The notes: generated from the letters alone by a model not told the origin. 64,000 bases of DNA from Saprospiraceae bacterium (GCA_016787505.1 JAEUUQ010000619.1:316-64315), one strand, 5' to 3'; positions 1 through 7,840 are shown, numbered from the stretch's first letter. Numbers and translations: made by a program.

Positions 1-180
1 ACTGTTTAGTAGGGTTTAGTAGGGTTTAGTAGGGTTTAGTTTTCAAAACATACAGCTAAACCCTACTAAACTGCGAATGCACTAAACCCTACTAAACTGC
101 GAATGCACTAAACCCTACTAAACTGCCGAAGGCACTAAACCCTACTAAACTGCCGAAGGCACAAAACCCTACTAAACAGT
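1..180. repeat. Compound tandem-repeat hairpin element, truncated by the window edge. The left arm is about 4x GGGTTTAGTA. The right arm is 4-5 copies of a ~26-nt unit carrying the complementary ACTAAACCCTACTAAAC plus a mini-palindrome (TGCGAATGCA or TGCCGAAGGCA).
   Basis: Read directly. 5-50 is (TAGGGTTTAG)n and 57-178 is (GCACTAAACCCTACTAAACTGCSAAK)n. The arms are mutually complementary. Confidence 0.85.
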
Positions 181-200
181 CACAAAAAATCAAACAACAG

Positions 201-1370
201 ATGTTGATTTTTCAAGAAAATACAATCCTCCAAAAAACCACCTGGACAGAAAAAACCTGGACCATTCCGGAACTGCTCGAAGACGTCGACCCGCTTGCCG
301 GCGAACCCCTCACCGCCAGAAATGAAGCCCTGCAAAAAATAGTCAGCCTGGCGCCCCAAAACCTGCAGGAACTTTCCAAAACCGCCCAACTCCATCTCGA
401 TTTTTGGGATAATTTTCAAAACCAAAAAATGGAGCAACACGCGGCTATTTTCAGGTACACCGTGGGGGAAAACAAGCGCTGGGAATTGACAATCAACGAG
501 CTGGGACTTTTTTACAGAGACTTTTCGGGGCAGTACATGAACACGCCCGGCGGGGTTATGGAGCAGTTGTTCAGCAATTTCTGGTTTTACGGCCCCTTGC
601 GCCCGCTGCCGGATTTGCATCTTCGGGAAAAAATTATCAGCACCCTCAAACAGGGTTTTGAAAACCCGGACTGCCCTTCGGCAAAGGCGCATTTTGAGTT
701 ATTCGAGTACCCGCAGCAGCAGTCCCCCGCGGATTTAGCGTGGGAAGAAGGCGACCACGTGCGGCGCGATTTCACCACCGTGCGCCCGTTTGGGATCGAG
801 TTGGGACACACAACCTGGCGCGACGGTTGGAGTGGGACTGGTTTTATTTCTTTTGAAAAATTCCTGCACCTGCCGCCGACCGAATACCAGATCTTTTCGC
901 CCGAAATCCGGGCAAAAATCGAACAGTACCTCGGCAAAACCTCGCTTATTAACCAGGGCAAGACCGTAGAAACCGAGCCGAAGCCACCCACGCCGGGAGA
1001 AAAAATGGACGCTGCAGAGGCGCTTTTGCAAAACCCGGCATCCGAAGAAGGTGCAACCATGTTGATTTCCCTACTCGATTTCGAGGCGGAGAGCGACTAC
1101 TGGCGCAACTACGTTTTCAATCGTTTTTTCAAACTTCGGGAAAACCCGGTGGTGCAAAATTTTCTCCTTGAGTGCCTGCGCAGCGATGACGAAATCAGGT
1201 TCAACAAATCGCGCGATGTGCTTATGTTCTGGGGCTTGCAGCTCGGTGAGCAGGCCTTGTCAGATAAAGCACTATTGAAAAGTCTGAACTGGGAAGACGC
1301 CACGGCCAACGACCCCGATTTCCGGGCAGCCCTCGAAAAAGTTGGCAAAATCATCACCCGAAGAAGTTGA
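201..1370 (+). CDS. Hypothetical protein (389 aa); I cannot assign a family.
   Basis: Long ATG-initiated ORF with host-like GC. The overlapping antisense ORFs look like shadows. I recognise no catalytic or recombinase motif. Confidence 0.6.
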   Translation: MLIFQENTILQKTTWTEKTWTIPELLEDVDPLAGEPLTARNEALQKIVSLAPQNLQELSKTAQLHLDFWDNFQNQKMEQHAAIFRYTVGENKRWELTINELGLFYRDFSGQYMNTPGGVMEQLFSNFWFYGPLRPLPDLHLREKIISTLKQGFENPDCPSAKAHFELFEYPQQQSPADLAWEEGDHVRRDFTTVRPFGIELGHTTWRDGWSGTGFISFEKFLHLPPTEYQIFSPEIRAKIEQYLGKTSLINQGKTVETEPKPPTPGEKMDAAEALLQNPASEEGATMLISLLDFEAESDYWRNYVFNRFFKLRENPVVQNFLLECLRSDDEIRFNKSRDVLMFWGLQLGEQALSDKALLKSLNWEDATANDPDFRAALEKVGKIITRRS

Positions 1371-1518
1371 AGGTTGTAAAGCCGGGTATGTCATGCTTTT
1401 AGCTTGACAGAATGGGGTATGGTTTTGTATATTGCGGTGTGGTATCATCCTTATCTACCCCGGAATGGGGTGATTGGGATGAAAAAATCATACTTATAAA
1501 CAAGTTAGCGGCAACCTT

Positions 1519-2076
1519 ATGACGACAGTTAGACCATTAATAATAATCATGCTTATTGTCGGACTTGCATCCTGCAACGACAAGAAAAATATACTTGAGA
1601 TTAATACCAGTTCAGACATGACTAACCACAACAGCATTTTGTTCTTAGTTGAATCAGCAAACGTTCCAATTCTCGAAGACAGTATTGAACTTGAGCGGTT
1701 CTTAACACCAGGACAAATGACTTTTGCTTTTGACAGCATGACTGACAATAATTTTGACCCGCCTGTTTTCCGTAAGTTGGAATACAAGGATTACGGGACA
1801 ATCATAAAAACCAAAAATTATCAAACGGACTTGTTGCTTCTAATTGACAATGAAAAACGGGGTCGATTTTATAGTTTTACACTCAACTCTTATGACAAGG
1901 ACAGAAACAAAGTTGGTCATCTTGACTTCGCATCTTGGACAGACGAAAGCCATTGGAGTGGAAAAATTAACGGTGACACAATTGTGGAAATTAAGTGTGA
2001 CGAAACCGATGAGCAAAGACAATTTAAAATTTCAGAGAATGGTGAGTTTATAATGATTAACACAAATAAAAAGTGA
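1519..2076 (+). CDS. Hypothetical lipoprotein (cassette ORF).
   Basis: N-terminal signal peptide with lipobox (LIVGLASC). The ATG is 10 nt after the GTTAGC core. The 5' end (GTTAGCGGCAACCTTATGACGACA) is nearly identical to that of the beta-lactamase cassette. Confidence 0.65.
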   Translation: MTTVRPLIIIMLIVGLASCNDKKNILEINTSSDMTNHNSILFLVESANVPILEDSIELERFLTPGQMTFAFDSMTDNNFDPPVFRKLEYKDYGTIIKTKNYQTDLLLLIDNEKRGRFYSFTLNSYDKDRNKVGHLDFASWTDESHWSGKINGDTIVEIKCDETDEQRQFKISENGEFIMINTNKK

Positions 2077-2106
2077 AACAGGACATGCTGGACAGGAAAA
2101 AGGCTA

Positions 2107-2240
2107 CCGCTAACAGCACATTTGCAATAGGCGGGGTTTCGTGCTCCGCAGACAGGTTTGTGGTAGCCGAAAGTTTTGTGCTCCGAATAAACATTTGTGG
2201 TAAAAATCCCGCCCATCGCAAATCTGCAAAACGTTAGCGG
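2107..2240 (+). other. attC-like recombination site (~134 bp).
   Basis: Left end CCGCTAACAGCACATTTGCAATAGGCGGGG pairs, with bulges, to the right end CCCGCCCATCGCAAATCTGCAAAACGTTAGCGG. The terminal cores GCTAAC and GTTAGC fit the R''/R' logic. Confidence 0.7.
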
Positions 2241-2283
2241 TCATTGTAGGACGACCCACGAATACTAAACTCATAAAGACAAA

Positions 2284-2694
2284 ATGAACGACAAAATACA
2301 ATACATCAGCCCAGATGGGCTTTCAAAAAATCAGGCATTTTCACAGGTTGTAATAACACATGGTAATGGAAAGACCATCTATATTGGCGGACAAGACGCT
2401 GTAAACGAAAAAGGAGAAATAGTCGGTAAGGGAGACATTGCCGAACAGACAGAACAGGTTATGAAAAACATACAAACAGCACTTGTGGCTTGTGGCGCAA
2501 CATTTAACAATCTTGTAAAACTAACCATCCATATTGTTCAGGGGCAGGACTTACGACTTGGATTTCAGGCTTCGCAAAAGTATTTGGGAGGGCTTAAAAA
2601 CCCACCTGCAATCACAGGCTTTTTTGTACCAGCATTAGCACATTCCGATTTTTTAATTGAAGTTGATGCTATTGCATTTATTTCAGAAGAATAA
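2284..2694 (+). CDS. RidA/YjgF/L-PSP family protein (cassette ORF).
   Basis: 136 aa. The pattern FSQVV..G..IYIGGQ...EKGEIVGKGDIAEQTEQVMKNIQTAL...G..F.NLVKLTI is typical of the RidA fold family. Confidence 0.85.
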   Translation: MNDKIQYISPDGLSKNQAFSQVVITHGNGKTIYIGGQDAVNEKGEIVGKGDIAEQTEQVMKNIQTALVACGATFNNLVKLTIHIVQGQDLRLGFQASQKYLGGLKNPPAITGFFVPALAHSDFLIEVDAIAFISEE

Positions 2695-2777
2695 TCTAAA
2701 AGTGATTTAGCCGAACAACTTGGTAATAAAACAGCGACTGATATTTTGTAGAACAATGAGTGAAAAAGAACAACGAA

Positions 2778-2804
2778 CCGCTAACAGCAAGCAAAAGTAA
2801 GCGG
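2778..2804 (+). other. Collapsed attC remnant.
   Basis: CCGCTAACAGCA-AGCAAAAGTAAGCGGTC reproduces the two ends of the 2107-2240 site with the interior deleted and the core mutated (GTAAGC). The same GGTCATTGTARGAC sequence follows both cores. Confidence 0.5.
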
Positions 2805-2828
2805 TCATTGTAAGACAACCCTTGAATC

Positions 2829-3035
2829 ATGAGTAAATATAATCTCTTGTGGAAACATATTAAGAAAAATGGTGGACAATCATTAAAATTATCTTTTGAT
2901 GAAATTAAAAATATTGCAGAAATTGCAATAGACCATTCCTTTTTAAATTACAAGAAGGAATTGCTTGAATATGGTTATGAGGTGAAAAAGATTTCATTGA
3001 AAGATAAAACAGTGCTTTTTCAAAAGATTAATTGA
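2829..3035 (+). CDS. Small hypothetical protein (68 aa, cassette ORF).
   Basis: ATG ORF in the cassette orientation, 27 nt after the remnant core. I recall similar small LSFDEIK...IDHSF..YKKEL proteins of unknown function, but this is from memory only. Confidence 0.5.
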   Translation: MSKYNLLWKHIKKNGGQSLKLSFDEIKNIAEIAIDHSFLNYKKELLEYGYEVKKISLKDKTVLFQKIN

Positions 3036-3146
3036 CAACCAACAAAACGGGGACAAGACAAGGGACTGAAAAAACTTGCACTTGACCATTCATAAATTAA
3101 ACCAGAATTACAATGAGTATCATCAGTAACTACTGACAACTTCTTT

Positions 3147-3491
3147 TTGCCTTCCGATAATTTGGAAACAGCGAAAGATTTTTACAAAAACAAACTGGGA
3201 CTTGACATTAAGTTTGACTTTTCCGATAAGGGGATGGTTGCGTTTAAGGTTGGCGACAACGAACCCGCAATTATTCTGCGTAAAGAGGTCAGCGCAAAGC
3301 CTGCGATTTGGTTTACGGTTGAGAACGTACGACAGGCATACGAAGAACTAAAAACAAAAGGAGTTCAGTTCTTAATTGAACCCTTTGAAATAATGACTGA
3401 TCTTTCTGTTGAGTTCACCGACCCGTTTGGTAACAAACTTGGACTAACTGACTATTCAAAAATGCCTCATGTGCGTGGACAGAAAAAATGA
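3147..3491 (+). CDS. VOC/glyoxalase-bleomycin-resistance family protein, possibly 5'-frameshifted.
   Basis: DNLETAKDFYKNKLGL...FTDPFGNKLGL is the beta-alpha-beta-beta-beta VOC signature. The only in-frame start is TTG 3147. An ATG at 3113 is one frame off and stops after 7 codons. Confidence 0.7.
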   Translation: MPSDNLETAKDFYKNKLGLDIKFDFSDKGMVAFKVGDNEPAIILRKEVSAKPAIWFTVENVRQAYEELKTKGVQFLIEPFEIMTDLSVEFTDPFGNKLGLTDYSKMPHVRGQKK

Positions 3492-3528
3492 TGCACCCGG
3501 ACAACTAACAGACACAGGAGAACAACGT

Positions 3529-3661
3529 CCGCTAACACGGGTTTTGCGTTAGTGGGCAGACAGTGCGAATAGAAACATTTGAGCAATTAATAAACGTTGG
3601 TGCTGGCAGACAGTTTTCGGTTTCAAAAGCCCACCAACGCAAAGCCCGAAACCGTTAGCAG
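3529..3661 (+). other. attC-like recombination site (~133 bp).
   Basis: CCGCTAACACGGGTTTTGCGTTAGTGGGC ... CCCACCAACGCAAAGCCCGAAACCGTTAGCAGC. The ends are inverted complements with bulges. Confidence 0.75.
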
Positions 3662-3668
3662 CAACAAT

Positions 3669-4499
3669 ATGACGACAACCAAACAAACAATATTTCTACT
3701 GACTTTAGCAGTTTTCGGACTGACAGGTTGTGTGCAAAGACAGGCGACTGAAGTTCGTGCCGACTTTAAAAAGTATTATGACCAGTTCAATATTGAAGGT
3801 TCATTCGTGCTATACGACCCACAAGCGGACAAGTATATTTTTTACAACAAAGACCAATTCGAGCAGACTTTTTCACCTGCTTCAACTTTTAAAATTTGCA
3901 ACTCACTAATCGGTCTAGAGACAGGAGTAATTAAAGACGAGAATTTTGTAATTCCGTGGGACAGTGTAGTAAGAAATCCTGTATGGGATAAAGACCACGA
4001 CTTAAAGACAGCATTTGCAAATTCTACCGTTTGGTATTATCAAGAGCTTGCGAGACGTGTAGGAGGGCAAAAATTGAAATATTGGCTTGACCAAGCTAAC
4101 TATGGAAATGCAGACACTTCAGGCGGCATTGACCAGTTTTGGTTAACTGGCGGACTTCGTATCTCACCAAAACAACAAATTGACTTTCTAAAAAGACTAC
4201 ACGACAATCAGCTTCCTTTTTCCAAACGTTCAATAGATATTGTAAAAAACATAATGATTGCAAAGGACACATTAGACTATGTAATAAGAGCAAAAACTGG
4301 TTGGGGTGGACACGGTAAAAAAGATGTAGGTTGGTTTGTTGGTTATCTTGAGACAAATGACAATGTTTATTATTTCACTAATTGTGTTCAAATAGAAAGT
4401 GAGAAATTAAATGATGTCAATCGTGCGATTAGTTTTGACAATTCAAGGACAGAAATTGTTTATAAAATATTTGACGAACTTAAACTGACCAAGCAATGA
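3669..4499 (+). CDS. Class D (OXA-family) beta-lactamase, predicted lipoprotein (cassette ORF).
   Basis: All class D boxes are present in order: S-T-F-K (ASTFKICNS), S-x-V (NSTVWYYQEL), Y-G-N (ANYGNAD...FWL.GGLRIS), K-T-G (AKTGWG) and GWFVGY. Signal peptide with LTGC lipobox. I chose ATG 3669 because the longer ORF (from 3597) would run through the attC. Confidence 0.9.
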   Translation: MTTTKQTIFLLTLAVFGLTGCVQRQATEVRADFKKYYDQFNIEGSFVLYDPQADKYIFYNKDQFEQTFSPASTFKICNSLIGLETGVIKDENFVIPWDSVVRNPVWDKDHDLKTAFANSTVWYYQELARRVGGQKLKYWLDQANYGNADTSGGIDQFWLTGGLRISPKQQIDFLKRLHDNQLPFSKRSIDIVKNIMIAKDTLDYVIRAKTGWGGHGKKDVGWFVGYLETNDNVYYFTNCVQIESEKLNDVNRAISFDNSRTEIVYKIFDELKLTKQ

Positions 4500-4508
4500 G
4501 AATTGCTG

Positions 4509-4683
4509 CTGCTAACACGGGTTTTGCGTCAGGCGGGGTGAAGTGCAAACATGTAGCTTTCCCGCTGGGGCGGGACAAGTTGTGCTTCTATTCAAGTTCA
4601 GTGCTGGTTGACAGTTTTCCTGATAAATCGGGACAGGTCGTGCTCCGAAATCCGACACTTCGCCAAGCCCGAAACCATTACCA
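4509..4683 (+). other. Terminal attC-like site with a degenerate right core.
   Basis: The left end GCTGCTAACACGGGTTTTGCGT is near-identical to the 3529 site. The right end GCCAAGCCCGAAACCATTACCACC has CATTAC where GTTAGC is expected. Confidence 0.6.
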
Positions 4684-4763
4684 CCAATATTTCTGCAACT
4701 CCTCGCATTCAAAAGATTGGCAGACAACCTTTGTAAAATAGGACTTCAGCCATGATTTTGATC

Positions 4764-4797
4764 TGCGGAGAATATTTCTACTATTCTCCGCATTTTT
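4764..4797 (+). terminator. Intrinsic terminator closing the cassette array.
   Basis: Perfect 11-bp stem TGCGGAGAATA-tttctac-TATTCTCCGCA followed by TTTTT. Confidence 0.65.
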
Positions 4798-4841
4798 GCG
4801 GCAAATAATCCTTATATTTGCCGCAAGCATACTTGCAGACA

Positions 4842-5939
4842 GTGGCAAAATACATTTACGAATACGAAAACTGGACAAATTTTACCTGGCAGGATACTGC
4901 CATTAATGCCATATTTGGAGAAGTCCGAAACCTGCAGGGAAAAATAATCGGACAAATGAACACGCTTGGCTTTGCCACGAAAGCAGAAACCTCGCTTACG
5001 ACACTTACACTTGATGTGATTAAATCATCGGAAATAGAAGGAGAAAATCTTGACTATCAACAGGTTCGTTCTTCGATTGCAAGGCGACTGGGTGTTAAGG
5101 TGGCTGGATTAGTTCCTTCCGATAGAAATGTAGAAGGGATTGTTGATTTGATGCTTGACGCAACTCAAAATTATCAAAAACCACTTACGGAGGAACGTTT
5201 ATTCGGATGGCATTCCGCACTGTTCCCAGCCGGATTTAGCGGAATGCACAGAATAGAGCTTGGTCGTTACCGCTCGGGTGAAATGCAAATTGTTTCCGGC
5301 GCAATGGGCAAAGAAAGGGTTCATTACGAAGCAGTTGCTGCCCGCAAGGTTAAGGAAGAGATGGACAAATTCCTTAATTGGTTCAATGATGATTTAAAAA
5401 TTGACCCTGTGCTTAAAGCTGCTATCGCTCACTTTTGGTTTATTATCATTCACCCCTTTGATGACGGCAACGGAAGAATGGCAAGGGCAATTTCTGATTT
5501 AATGCTTACCCGTGCCGACGGTAGCCCAGCGCGTTTTTATAGTATGTCGAGCCAAATACTGGTGGAGCGTAAACAATATTATGAGATACTACAGAAAGTT
5601 CAACATAGCAGTGGTAATATTACTGATTGGTTAGACTGGTTTCTGCATTGCCTCAAAAATGCCTTATTAGCAACTGAGGACACCCTACAAAATCTATTGC
5701 GCAAAACTGAGTTTTGGAAAATTCACGAAAACACCGAATTAAACGAACGACAACGATTGGTGCTTAACAAATTATTTGATGGATTTGATGGCAAATTAAA
5801 ATCATCGAAATGGGCAAAAATTGCCAAATGTTCGCCCGACACGGCTTTGAGAGACATAAAAGATTTGATAGAAAAGGGGATTTTACGTCAAGAACAACAA
5901 GGGGGGCGAAGCACAAATTATGAACTGGCAGATTTCTAA
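4842..5939 (+). CDS. Fic family protein (AMPylase-type), class II, with an N-terminal DUF4172-like region and a C-terminal wHTH.
   Basis: Fic motif HPFDDGNGRMARA. Inhibitory motif SSEIEG ([ST]xxxE[GN]) lies upstream in the same chain. The start is GTG 4842 (MAKYIYEYENW...) or TTG 4818. Confidence 0.85.
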   Translation: MAKYIYEYENWTNFTWQDTAINAIFGEVRNLQGKIIGQMNTLGFATKAETSLTTLTLDVIKSSEIEGENLDYQQVRSSIARRLGVKVAGLVPSDRNVEGIVDLMLDATQNYQKPLTEERLFGWHSALFPAGFSGMHRIELGRYRSGEMQIVSGAMGKERVHYEAVAARKVKEEMDKFLNWFNDDLKIDPVLKAAIAHFWFIIIHPFDDGNGRMARAISDLMLTRADGSPARFYSMSSQILVERKQYYEILQKVQHSSGNITDWLDWFLHCLKNALLATEDTLQNLLRKTEFWKIHENTELNERQRLVLNKLFDGFDGKLKSSKWAKIAKCSPDTALRDIKDLIEKGILRQEQQGGRSTNYELADF

Positions 5940-6015
5940 AAGTAATAAAACCTAATGCATTGGGGGATCATGTTTTTTTTCGCAAACCACTTCATGATCA
6001 GTATAACTGCAAGAA

Positions 6016-6801
6016 ATGAAAGACAAACTACAAATAATTCCAACCGTCCTGCTTCCTGACTATCTGGAACGGGTCCCCAACGGTCTGCAGGCAGCTTTTG
6101 AGCTTTTGCAGGATGCGGAGATTTCAACAGATACCTTTAGCTTTTACACTTCGGTGTCATCTGTTTTCAGTAGCAAAATTGAGGGAGAAGATATTGAGTT
6201 GGACAGCTACATCAAGCACAAAAAATTCGGCATTGAATTTTTGCCCGATTACACCCAAAAAATTGACGACCTGTACGATGCCTATGCTTTTGCCCAAACA
6301 AACGAACTGAACGAGAAAAACATAGCAGAGGCGCACCAATTGTTGAGCAAACATATAGTGGCAAAAAACTGGCAGGGTAAATTCCGCAACCACAACATGT
6401 TTGTAACAACTCCTGACGGGCGTATCGAATATGTAGCTGCATCGCCTTTTGAGGTAGAAACCGAAATGAAAAAATTCTATGATGATTTAGCTATCCTCCT
6501 CAAAACGGATATGAGCATTCAAGAAGTATTTTTTTTCGCTTCCATGATTCACCTGGTGTTTGTAAAAATTCACCCCTGGAATGACGGAAACGGAAGAAGT
6601 GCAAGGCTTCTTGAGAAGTGGTTTCTGGCTCAAAAACTTGGCCCCAAAGCATGGTTTGTGCAAAGTGAAAAGTTGTATTATCAACAGCATCAAACGTATT
6701 ACAACAACATTCGATTATTAGGCCTGGAATATCCCGAATTAGATTATAAACAGGCCTTGCCTTTTTTGCTGATGCTACCAAACACTATATTCAATGGCTA
6801 A
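6016..6801 (+). CDS. Fic family protein, class II (second, shorter paralogue).
   Basis: Fic motif HPWNDGNGRSARL. Inhibitory motif SSKIEG. Confidence 0.85.
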   Translation: MKDKLQIIPTVLLPDYLERVPNGLQAAFELLQDAEISTDTFSFYTSVSSVFSSKIEGEDIELDSYIKHKKFGIEFLPDYTQKIDDLYDAYAFAQTNELNEKNIAEAHQLLSKHIVAKNWQGKFRNHNMFVTTPDGRIEYVAASPFEVETEMKKFYDDLAILLKTDMSIQEVFFFASMIHLVFVKIHPWNDGNGRSARLLEKWFLAQKLGPKAWFVQSEKLYYQQHQTYYNNIRLLGLEYPELDYKQALPFLLMLPNTIFNG

Positions 6802-7459
6802 AATATTATTCCGCCTGCCATCAAGTAATATACTCGCTCCAGTCGCTCTGCTCCTGCTCACCTGCTCCTGCAGCAACTACTACCGCCACCTGGAGCCCGC
6901 CGCTGCCGAAAAAACAGCACAAGCCGGAATATTTACAGCACAAACCGAGGGCCTGGCCTACGACACTAATGTGCGCTTTCGCAAAACGGAGGTCAGCGGC
7001 ATCCTGTTTATTCAGCCGCAGGACAGCAGCCGCTACCGAATGGCGATGACGACAAAAATGGGGCAGAAAATCTTTGACTTTACGCTCACCCCGCAGCATT
7101 TTACGGTCAATTATTGCTTTCCGCAACTCAACCGCAAGATTGTGCTTCAGTTGCTGGAAGCCGACCTGCGCCTGCTCACGGAATATTTTGACAGCCTGTC
7201 AGCCGCTTCGGCATTCACAGATACCAGAAGCCGGCAAACTGTATTTCGGATAAAAAAGGGAAAGTCGTACCTTTACTTCCGATATGACAACACCGGCGAA
7301 CAGCCGGCGGGTTTAGAAAGCGGCAGCAAAAGGCGCCCGAAGATATTGGCAGACCTGAAAGATTATGAAGGGGCCTTGCCGCACCGCATCAAGCTCGAAC
7401 ACCGGATGATTTTTCCGCTCAGGCTCGACTTGTCCTGGGTTTCACTCAACGATGAATAA
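6794..7459 (+). CDS. Putative lipoprotein, first gene of the biosynthetic operon. It occupies the position of LolA/LolB-like carriers in aryl-polyene/flexirubin-type clusters.
   Basis: Signal peptide followed by LLTCSC. Overlaps the upstream stop by 8 nt. The functional assignment rests on synteny only. Confidence 0.5.
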   Translation: MAKILFRLPSSNILAPVALLLLTCSCSNYYRHLEPAAAEKTAQAGIFTAQTEGLAYDTNVRFRKTEVSGILFIQPQDSSRYRMAMTTKMGQKIFDFTLTPQHFTVNYCFPQLNRKIVLQLLEADLRLLTEYFDSLSAASAFTDTRSRQTVFRIKKGKSYLYFRYDNTGEQPAGLESGSKRRPKILADLKDYEGALPHRIKLEHRMIFPLRLDLSWVSLNDE

Positions 7460-7468
7460 GAAGCGATT

Positions 7469-7840
7469 ATGCTGGTTGACGATTTTTTTACAATAAAAAC
7501 AATACAAAACGAGGCCGGAAAAAGCCATGCCCGGCTGCGGCTCAACGCCGACCATGCGATCTTCCAGGGCCACTTTCCGGGCAACCCGGTGGTGCCCGGC
7601 GTTTGTATGGTGCAAATGCTGAAAGAACTGGTAGAAACCAGCCTCGGCCGAAGCCTGCAACTCGAAAAAGCGCCGATGATCAAATTTTTGGCTATCCTGC
7701 AACCTGCCCAGCACCCCGAAATCGACGCCGTTTACGACATAGCGGAGCTGCCGGAAGGGAAAGTGCAGGTATCCGGACAAATAACCGACGCAGAGTTAAC
7801 TTTTTTTAAATTCAAGGGCATTTTTCATGCACAATCCTGA
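7469..7840 (+). CDS. FabA/FabZ-like (hot-dog) 3-hydroxyacyl-ACP dehydratase.
   Basis: HFPGNPVVPGVCMVQMLKE matches the catalytic-His motif of FabZ/ApeI-type dehydratases. 123 aa. Confidence 0.75.
   Translation: MLVDDFFTIKTIQNEAGKSHARLRLNADHAIFQGHFPGNPVVPGVCMVQMLKELVETSLGRSLQLEKAPMIKFLAILQPAQHPEIDAVYDIAELPEGKVQVSGQITDAELTFFKFKGIFHAQS

Larger units (their letters stand above)
1504..4683 (+). mobile_element. Integron-type gene-cassette array (CALIN-like: attC sites present, no integron integrase in the window).
   Basis: A GTTAGCGG core lies at 1504. attC-like palindromes lie at 2107-2240, 2778-2804 (collapsed), 3529-3661 and 4509-4683. All ORFs are small, co-oriented and AT-richer than the flanks, and the cargo is typical of cassettes. 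Confidence 0.7.

Noticed and set aside
1-180. Telomere-like sequence (TTTAGGG/AAACCCT words, as in plant-type telomeres).
   Set aside because: The repeating unit is a 10-mer or 26-mer, not a 7-mer. Both orientations are present and form a hairpin. The same words recur internally at 9.4, 13.8 and 18.7 kb in a bacterial gene context.
201-1370. Candidate integron integrase, given its position left of the first cassette core.
   Set aside because: It is on the plus strand and has host-like GC. I see no tyrosine-recombinase R-H-R-Y boxes or phage-integrase-like segments in the 389 aa.
3597-3668. Longer N-terminal extensions offered by the ORF track: 3597 for the beta-lactamase, and likewise 12251, 19956-21524, 25799, 35527, 50722 and 58149.
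   Set aside because: The extensions use non-ATG starts, overlap attC sites or neighbouring genes, and precede an internal ATG that yields a canonical signal peptide or conserved N-terminus.
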